This document shows, one piece after another, positions 54,350 through 63,433 of a DNA stretch of 63,433 bases. The DNA lies in the NCBI RefSeq assembly GCF_001194135.2, contig NC_068999.1:17980925-18044357 (forward strand), read 5' to 3'. This DNA comes from Octopus bimaculoides. Taxonomy: Eukaryota. Each line of letters opens with the position of its first letter. Positions within the stretch are counted from its first letter, which is position 1. The position numbers and the translations under genes were made by a program. The notes beneath the pieces are model-generated. The model saw nothing but the letters and a program-made list of their open reading frames with translations. It made no database searches and was not told the DNA's origin.

Positions 54350-54740
54350 ACCAATGCATTTGACCACCTCATATCCAGTGATGACTATAATTAGTTTTCC
54401 CTTTGTAATAGAGTTTGTTTTAGACCACATATTGACATTCTACTTCCATGTAAACGTACTTGATGGCCTATTGATATTTCGCATTCCAGTTCCACGCATC
54501 CATATATTTTATGCCGTAACTATTCTCTTTAAGCACTATTGAAGTGGTTACTAATTGATAACGGCCTTGTTTCCGTAATCCTATACTTCTGAACATCCTC
54601 ACCTGCACTCACATTTGCTTTAATGCGTTGATATCGTCTGATATTGTTTATAATATACAATTCATTAAAATTACTTGTAATAATTCCTTTGTCAATCTCG
54701 GAGACGCGTTCTCTCTTTATCCTTAGGGACTGGTAATATT
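54350..54740 (-). mobile_element. Possible ancient Tc1-like N-terminal remnant
   Basis: ERVSEIDKGII...NIRRYQRIK...RP.SIS and RLHGS...TLLQREN loosely follow the Tc1 DNA-binding domain pattern. Confidence 0.3.
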
Positions 54741-54886
54741 TTACAACCGCTTGCATTATATGTGCTCGCGGAAATATGCGTGCATATGTAAATGTTTATG
54801 AGTGGGTGAATACATAAGATTTAAAACATGTCTGCATGTATGTTTCTTTATGTATATATGTATATGGGTGTATGGGTGTATATACG

Positions 54887-54917
<31 letters not shown>

Positions 54918-54939
54918 ATTTACACACTCACATATATAT

Positions 54940-54972
<33 letters not shown>

Positions 54973-56299
54973 NNNNNNNNNNNNNNNNNNNNNNNNNNNN
55001 NNNNNNNNNNNNNNNNNNNNNNNNNNNNNNNNNNNNNNNNNNNNNNNNNNNNNNNNNNNNNNNNNNNNNNNNNNNNNNNNNNNNNNNNNNNNNNNNNNNN
55101 NNNNNNNNNNNNNNNNNNNNNNNNNNNNNNNNNNNNNNNNNNNNNNNNNNNNNNNNNNNNNNNNNNNNNNNNNNNNNNNNNNNNNNNNNNNNNNNNNNNN
55201 NNNNNNNNNNNNNNNNNNNNNNNNNNNNNNNNNNNNNNNNNNNNNNNNNNNNNNNNNNNNNNNNNNNNNNNNNNNNNNNNNNNNNNNNNNNNNNNNNNNN
55301 NNNNNNNNNNNNNNNNNNNNNNNNNNNNNNNNNNNNNNNNNNNNNNNNNNNNNNNNNNNNNNNNNATATATATATATATATATATATACATCCATCTATA
55401 CATACACGCATACACATAAACATACATGCATACACACATACACACACACAGCCAAATCACATATACGCGCATTTTAAATATACACACGGATTTTGATACT
55501 CTCATTTTCTGTAATCCCACACTCTATTTTTCTTTGCGTGTATAGGTATGTATGTGTATACGTATGTATATTTTGGAGTCCATTCATATGTCAGTGAGCG
55601 TGTACATGTTTCTTTTGCGCGTACACACACACACATACTCACACAAACGCACACTTATATTTCATGCATTCGTATGTACGTAGTGTTGAATGTGTCTGTT
55701 TGTCTGTATACACTTTTCATACTTTTATGTTTATATGCATATTTCTACAGTCCTGTGGGTACGGTTATATGTATGTGTGTGTTCTTGCTGGTGTCACTCC
55801 AGTTCATTATGCTGGAAAGTATATTTGAGGTGCGGTTACAGTGCGTGAGTAAAGTTGCTGAAGGCACACACACCTTCTCTGATGTGTTTTGACCTTGTTG
55901 ACCCCTTCTTAAATCTTACTTCTGTTGAATACTAATTCTTGGTTTTACTTGACCTACCATTCAAACATCATTTCTATGGAATCTTTAAATCTTCAGCTGT
56001 TTCGTTCCCACTAACCTATCTATACAATGCCTTTGAGTAGAGATTCACATATATTGTTTTTTGTTTTAGATTTCTAATACAGTTGCTTAAATTAATTACG
56101 TATTACTCAATGTATTTTTATTGTATTTCTTCTTCGATTATGTTTATGTTGACGATTGTCAATTCTTAGATTTATAACTACTGCTTTAACTTAATAGATA
56201 TCAAATAATACGTTTGACCAAATAGCACTAATGTTTTCCAGTTTCGGCCTTCCATACATTTTATAAATAAATGAGTAAATTATTTTTATATATCTAGAG

Positions 56300-57027
56300 T
56301 TAAACTGTTTATTTAAGCATGATGTTTCGGCCATCTGATGACCAACTTCTCTTCATTTGCATCTATTTGTGAATATGCAGTTGTTTATGAAATTTTATAA
56401 TTGAGTGAAAATCTTCAAATTTGGTATACGGATCTAAGTTTTTTTTCCGCTGAATCCCAGGGCTTATTTCATTTTACAGAAAGCTTTTTCTAAAAAAGTT
56501 GTTGAGGTTTAAATTTTTAACATTTTTACCCCGTCAAAAAATAGGATTCTGACGCTCTCATTTTGTGGGTAAATGCACGCGTTTCCACTGAAAAGAAATT
56601 AAATATTGAGGGTACTCGGCTTTACACACATATATAACCCGTCATAACTTTGTTTTATTTGTGAAATTTTCAGATAATTCTTGCAAATTTTTTTTATTCT
56701 ATTAACGAGATTTTATAGGATTATGCAAAAAACAAAACATCACAAAAATAATTTTTAAATGTTATTTCAGCAGATTCCACGACCACTTCATATCTCATGC
56801 GTTTTAAGCGAAAAATAACGAAATCAGGTTAGAAAACAATATATATTTTGTAGTTTAAAGCATTCGGTACGGATTTGATGAGAAAAAAAAAACTAAAAAA
56901 ATTAAATATTCATTACAATATCAAACATATAAAAATATTTATCAACAACCAAACTGTAGTCGTGTTCGAAACACATGGTTTAGCGTAAAATATCAGTTTG
57001 TAAAAACACATGCTTTCGAGCGGTTAA
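56300..57027. mobile_element. Possible piggyBac-type MITE
   Basis: TTAA at 56300-56303 and 57024-57027; subterminal aagcatg(a)tgttt present in inverted orientation at both ends; non-coding interior. Confidence 0.35.
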
Positions 57028-57939
57028 ATTACCCATAATTTGCAAACTATTAACTATTTACGATTAACTCTTTATTTATTGATTTGTGGTGAAAATGAAT
57101 TTCGTGTCAATAATTACCATCTAAAACTACTTCGACACAGCAAATGTGAAACAAATTGGAACAACATTGAAGAAATTGAAAGGTAGTCACCAAACAGGAA
57201 GAATACGTTTTTTGCATTTCGCAGAACATACTCATTAAATAAAACATATACACATACTTCCTACTGCACCGAAATGTTTGCGACACGGGAAGAATCCTAT
57301 GGAGATCATGTGGTTAAATAAATATAAATTCACCTCTAATATTTCCTGACTTTATGGTTTTGTACACTCATAATAAGCTCGTTGGTTGGACCTCTTCAAT
57401 TTAAGTTACATGAACACTCCAAAATTATGCGTCTTTGTAATTCATTAATATTAATAAGTAGATTGTTAGCTGAGTCCGTGAGACGTGCTTTCTCCGTCAG
57501 CCAGAGATGATTTGATCTTATTTTACTGATGCTCATTTCCGAACACACATATATAAAATACATAGTTTAACATGTATAGAAACAGAAATTTTATGATTTG
57601 ATGCAAACACACGTTAGCGGAGCCGGATCCCCTTTGACTCGTAGTGCTGCACTTAGCTCGACTGAAAAAAAAAAACCTCGTGCTACTCTCCATTGCTTGA
57701 AAGCAAAACATCACATATATATTTGTATGTTGTGCGTGTGTTCGCGCGCGTCCGTTTGTTTTTGTGTGTGTGTGCGTGCATGTGTCTGTGTGTGTGCGCG
57801 CGTGCGTATGTGTGTTTGTGTGTGTGCGTGCATAACCTGCGTGTGTGTGTGTATTTATGCATATAGTATTATTTCATATAACTTCTTTGGTACAGCTTGA
57901 GATATAATTTAATATATATTACTAATTTTCAAACAGTAC

Positions 57940-58040
57940 ACACGGTTTTGAGTTTAAGTTCCACAGGCATCGACTTCGACAGGGATCAAGAACGATATAA
58001 TAAGTACCGGTTGAACATTTGGGTCGATGTTATCTCTTCA
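57940..58040 (+). mobile_element. Degenerate family D SINE fragment
   Basis: ttgagtttaagttcc...tcgactt...aataagtaccggttgaacatttgggtcgatgt. Confidence 0.5.
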
Positions 58041-58363
58041 AATCTTCCTGTAAATTGCTTGCGTTGTACCAAGATTTTAAACAAATATTCCATTGACCAC
58101 AAAAATGTATAAGCTATTCCATCTTTCCTGTTTGCCGTCTCTTCAGGGAAACAGAGAAATCGTCATCCGGATATTCAATCCCTTTTTCGGAAGCCTAAAA
58201 CTCTTGACTGGAAATGAATTGTGTCGTATTCTGAGTAAATGCGGAAACTTTATGAGTATTTCCTCTATTTTACACTCACACAAACACACACACACACGCA
58301 CACAGACGCAGATACACATACACACACACACACACATACATACACACATACACACACACACAT

Positions 58364-58400
<37 letters not shown>

Positions 58401-58824
58401 NNNNNNNNNNNNNNNNNNNNNNNNNNNNNNNNNNNNNNNNNNNNNNNNNNNNNNNNNNNNNNNNNNNNNNNNNNNNNNNNNNNNNNNNNNNNNNNNNNNN
58501 NNNNNNNNNNNNNNNNNNNNNNNNNNNNNNNNNNNNNNNNNNNNNNNNNNNNNNNNNNNNNNNNNNNNNNNNNNNNNNNNNNNNNNNNNNNNNNNNNNNN
58601 NNNNNNNNNNNNNNNNNNNNNNNNNNNNNNNNNNNNNNNNNNNNNNNNNNNNNNNNNNNNNNNNNNNACTACTCTTCTTTCTTGGTAGCTCTTTCTGTTT
58701 TAAAAGGTAACATGTGCTTTATAACTTTGAGAACTGAAAGCGCTTGGACAATTATTATAATCTACACCCAATTTTTCAAATGTCTTCCTAAATTTTAGTG
58801 CCGTTCTACTTTCGGAAAAAGTTT

Positions 58825-59800
58825 CTTCGTTAATCCTAACATTTTGAAAAAGATCTGTCTGTACATTTTGTAAAAAAAAAAAAAGTGTATCAAGTAATTT
58901 AACCATAACACTACTGTCTAAAATGTTTTTTTTCTTAATCCTAAAACTTTGAAAAAAAAAAAAAAATAGTTCTCTAAATTTTATAATCATTTCCAAAAGT
59001 AATTTCCAAAATAAACATTTTGAAAAAAATATTTCTTTAACTATTATGACTGTATCAAGTAATTTCACCATAACAAGTGCGTCATAGCGTTCGGAACTTA
59101 TATACGTATTGAACTCACTTTCTCATACAATATTACCTCTCATAACTTTCTACCATAAAAATGCTGGAAGCTTACTATTTTTTCAGATATTAATAAAATA
59201 ATATAATAGAATTGGACCTATTTTCATGCCTTTGGCCGTCGGAGCTATGGAAATTTTACGCACTCCGACGCATATAAATAGTTTCGACTAATTTTATCAT
59301 TACTTTAATAATATACTAATTCTACTCTCTAAAAGAGTTTCATTCTTAATCCTAACATTTGGAAAAAAAAACTGTCTTTAAATATTATAATGGCATCAAG
59401 TAATTTAACCATAACGGCATTCTCTAAAAAAACTTTTTCCTAATCCTAATATTTTCAAAAAAATATTTCTGTAAATGTTTCAGTTATTTGTAAAAGTAAT
59501 TTCCAAAATAAATATTTCGAAAAAATCTTTCTCCTAATGTTATAACTGTATCAAGTAATTTAACCATAACACCTGCTTCATAACGTTCGGAACTGAAATA
59601 CGTATCTGAACTGACTCCCTCATACAATATTACCTCTGATAACTCTCTACCGTAGAAATTTTGGAAACATAATATTTTTTCAGATAATAATAAAATTTGA
59701 AGGACCTATTTTCATGCCGTTGGCCGTCGGAGCTATGGAAACTTAGCGCAATCCGACTGTGTGAAAATAGATTCGACTAATTTCATTATTACTTTAAAAA
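58825..59800. repeat. Diverged tandem dimer of a ~510-bp unit with internal subrepeats
   Basis: 59040-59310 matches 59540-59800 (e.g. cctattttcatgcc.ttggccgtcggagctatggaaa twice); atcaagtaattt(a/c)accataac occurs four times. Confidence 0.9.
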
Positions 59801-59899
59801 GTACTAAAAAATACTGAATTTCAAACGTCTTTATGGTGAAATACTTTTAGAACAATTCCAAACCATGAAAATCGTAATTTAGAATTTTGTTTAGCGACA

Positions 59900-61400
59900 G
59901 TGGTGCACTTCCTTCAACGAACAGGAGTTTCGATACGTACCACCTACTACAAATACTTGTTTGTACAAAAAGTAAGGCCATGCATCCATCGAATTGTCTT
60001 CCATTTAAGTGGTAGCAGAAGAATTATCGTCAACCATTTAAAAGGTAAGTGTACTGAGGCCGATCGAATAGGGAAGCAGTATGCTTCGCAAAAATAAGTG
60101 TCCGTAACAGAGGACCAGATTGAAATAAAAGGAGCCAAGGCTGCAGAGAGCAAAATAATGTCCCGTGTAAATGTAAATCCGGATCCAACGGCAGCCAGGA
60201 GCCCTTCCAATGAGGAGAATCTGCAACGAGTTATGTACAATTCCTTCTGAAGGAAATTGACCCGGAAACAGAGGAAACTACAGGAAAGCAAGCTTCAGCA
60301 CAAGGCGTCAATTCCTACAGAATCATGTTAAAGCCAACAACTTCAATCATCTCCTGAGATAAAAGCAACCCTTCAACCGAGTCTCTGTTGATATATATGC
60401 AAACATCGAAACAGTGAGGTTAATCTTTATCATGTGCCACCAACGAGAACCTCGCACAGAAAGCTATATTCACCTCCAAGCTGCTGTTCAAAATGATGGC
60501 AATCCACTCAACACTAGAAAGAAAGTCATTCTTCAGTCATCATTTATAGGACTCGATAGGTACATACATGAGAAAATTCAAGATAGAATTACATAAGTTA
60601 GAAATTTTGGGAAGCCTGTTCTCTTCATCACCTTTACTTGTAACACATTATGGCATGAACTAACTAACAATTTGAAAGAAGGTCAATCTGCTATTGACCG
60701 TCATGACATTGTATCTCGAGTGTTTAAGCCAAACGTTGACGAACAATAGAATCTAATTAGGAAAGGACAAGTTTTTGGAGCATCCAGGGTTTACATGTTC
60801 ACAATTGAGTGGCAGAAAAGAGGACTGCCTCATTTTCGTCTAGTGGTTTCGTTCAAGGAGAATATCAATCCAAATAAAATTGATGTTATCATCAGTGCTG
60901 AGCTGCCAAATCCCACTGAAGATTCCGTCGTTTATGAAATCATCAAAACGAAAATGGCTCATGATCCCTGTAGTTATGTCCATCCTGAATCTCCTTGCAT
61001 TACTAACAGGGGGTGCAGCAAAGACTTTCCAAAAGAATTTACCAAAATGTCTCAGGGTGATGTTGATGGCAATCCAAAATACAACTGAAGAAAACCAGAA
61101 GATGGAGGTTACACTGCTACACTGAAGGAAAGAGAAGAAATTGCCATTGACAAACGGTGGGTTCTTTTTTTGCCCACTGAAAAGCATTCGGTGCTCACAC
61201 AAATTTAGAGTACTGCATTAGTATCAAATCAATAAAATATGTATGTAAATACATTAAAAAGGGAACTGACCAAGCAGTATTTGGTCTGGAAAATGAAAAT
61301 AAATTTCAAAAGATTCAAATGGGATCTTCCCTGCTTTTCTCACGGCCAGATATATATTTGTTGACGCGTAGGATGTAGAAACAATAAGTTCCAAGTCGAC
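59900..61400 (+). mobile_element. Internally deleted Helitron (RepHel pseudogene)
   Basis: IYANIETVRL, VILQSSFIGLDRYIHE, FGKPVLFITFTCN, DRHDIVSRVF, IEWQKRGLPH (HUH motif 2), CSKDFPKEF, SIKYVCKYIKKGTDQA (motif 3), then PCFSHGQIY..RVG (PIF1 helicase motif VI); stops and frameshifts. The 5' boundary is uncertain. Confidence 0.92.
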
Positions 61401-61568
61401 AAATTATATCATTGTTTAGATGAAAATTGTTCATTGCTTGAAAAATATTGTTCAAGTTTGATAATATCTAATATGTATTCAATGTCTGGAGTGTCATTGC
61501 TGACTACAATGCCCAATGAAGATCTTTCCCCAGGAGGCTTTTGATCTGGTGTATTATTTATATATATA

Positions 61569-61608
<40 letters not shown>

Positions 61609-61805
61609 TTTGTATGCATATATGTATGTGTGCATCTATGTATACAAAATATGGGGTTTAGTTTACAGGTCATCTAAACGATTAGGTACGCTTGGCAAGT
61701 ACTGTAACGGATTGCTAGGGCTCCATGGTTGTAGCCGAGACAGTATATATATGCATGTATATGTATGTATGTATGTATGTATGTACGTATATATCTATCT
61801 ATCTA

Positions 61806-61846
<41 letters not shown>

Positions 61847-62384
61847 NNNNNNNNNNNNNNNNTGTATGTATGTATGTGTGTGTGTGTGTGTGTATGTATA
61901 TATATCATTCGACCACAGTAGAGTTCGAATATATTCTTAAGTACACCATTTCGTCAATCGCAGCAGCTTCCAAGATTCACCACCAATTCAGTTCTCAACT
62001 AAATTGCAAACTGTTAATAGTTTTAAAGAGGACTTCTCCTCAGCTTCAGTTTGTCATAAATAGTTTGAGATTTGGTTCAGTAGAAAAAGTTACATCAAAA
62101 TATATATGACCTCATGGGGGGGGGGGGCAGTAAGGCAGATATTCATCTTCAATTAACATAAGCTTTTTAATTTTAAATTAAAAGCTTACTTTTCTTAGGT
62201 TTAAATGATAGAAACATGCATGAGGGTTTCAGAATTACTAGTTGCATTGAACAAAGATTAGTAGAAAAATGATGATGACGTAAAATGTTACGAAATTTCA
62301 TGTCAGTAAGTAAGGAAGTGGGGGAATAACTCTTATGCAATTAGAATAAAGAATATATTTGTAACATGAATGCCTACATTCTAG

Positions 62385-62480
62385 GACAGTGAGGTGGCAA
62401 AAATGTTAGCGCACCCTGCGAAATGGTTAACGGGAATTTGTCTGTCTTTGTATTATAAGTTCAAATTTTGCCCAGGTCGA
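62385..62480 (+). mobile_element. Family D SINE head
   Basis: agtgaggtggcaaaaatgttagc...taagttcaaattttgcccaggtcgatttt. Confidence 0.6.
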
Positions 62481-62516
62481 TTTTAATGGACAATTTATTT
62501 AATTAACTTTTAAAAC

Positions 62517-63255
62517 TATCAGGTCATCCCATAAGTCCTGACTGATTTTACCTTTCTTAAAACTGAATTAAATTTAATATCATTTTAGAATGTCTAATGG
62601 AATTAAGCATTATTTTCATGCATTTGTGTACTTTTAAAGTAATTAAATATTATTTTACAGAATAATAGAATTAAAATTTCTGTGACTAAAACCCTTTCTA
62701 ACAGGTAAGTATCCAAAGAGCATTTGAGACACATAATGCTTTATGAGTACAAAAGAGGAAACTATCCTGTCGAAGTGACTTGAAACATACACTCAGTTTA
62801 TGGGAAATAATGTTTGAATGAAAGAACTTGCAGAAGATTTTTTGAAAAATTCAGAAGTGCAGATTTCAGCCTTGAAGATGAAGATCGAACAGGACGTCCA
62901 GTTGAGTTTGATGATAAGATCTTTGAGGCATTACTTAACAAAAAAATATCCGGCATTATCAGTTGAAGATTGGCAATAAAGCTTAGTTCAAACCATACAC
63001 CTGTTCATCGTCATCTTCAACAACTTGGAAAGGTTCCTAAACTTGGAAAAATGGGTGCCCCATGAACTGTCCGAAAGGAAACGCAAATCTCGAGTTGACA
63101 TCTGCTCTTCTCTCCGTTCTCGCGACCTCATTTCACCCTTTTAGATAGACTTGTGACTAGTGAAGAAAAATAGATCTTCTATCGAAATGTTAAAAGTCGT
63201 AAAGAGTGGCTTGGTAAAAGTGAAAAAGCTCAACTACAACTGAAAAGGTCTTGAC
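62517..63255 (+). mobile_element. mariner element, 5' two-thirds, pseudogenised
   Basis: TIR-like tatcaggtcatcccataagt; VSKEHLRHIMLYEYKRG...FRSADFSLEDEDRTGRPVEFD...HLQQLGKVPKLGKWVPHELS...FLDRLVTSEEK*IFY; first catalytic D altered; 3' truncated. Confidence 0.92.
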
Positions 63256-63392
63256 GTCAAAGATGCCGAGTATTTGCATCTGACACTATTGAGCAAATCG
63301 TTTCCGGTATGTATGTGTGTGTGCGAATGTGTGCTTGTGTGTGTGAGTGTGTGTTAAGATATATATTTATATTTGTTTCGTATGTATGTATG

Positions 63393-63433
<41 letters not shown>

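Overview
AT-rich eukaryotic (animal) genomic DNA from a gapped draft assembly, with 19 N-runs that are mostly flanked by (TA)n. The SINE families and the density of microsatellites suggest an octopus or other cephalopod; this is pattern recognition, not a database result. I found no intact protein-coding gene, true tRNA/rRNA gene or CRISPR array, and most ORF-track entries are microsatellite or N artefacts. The recognisable content is decayed mobile DNA: Penelope-like (PLE) reverse transcriptase fragments of two types, several Tc1/mariner relics, an internally deleted Helitron, RTE-type LINE 3' ends, at least four tRNA-derived SINE families and MITE-like elements. The structures most worth a second look are (i) a perfect 129-bp inverted repeat without a TSD that brackets a gap and a PLE-type terminus with a degenerate hammerhead-like motif, (ii) two convergent mariner 5' halves fused at a microhomology, (iii) a ~510-bp tandem dimer beside the Helitron, and (iv) SINEs carrying an internal, expanding microsatellite. 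A few in-frame plus-strand micro-exon candidates hint at a host gene but are unproven. I cannot support a wholly new biological system from this sequence alone.
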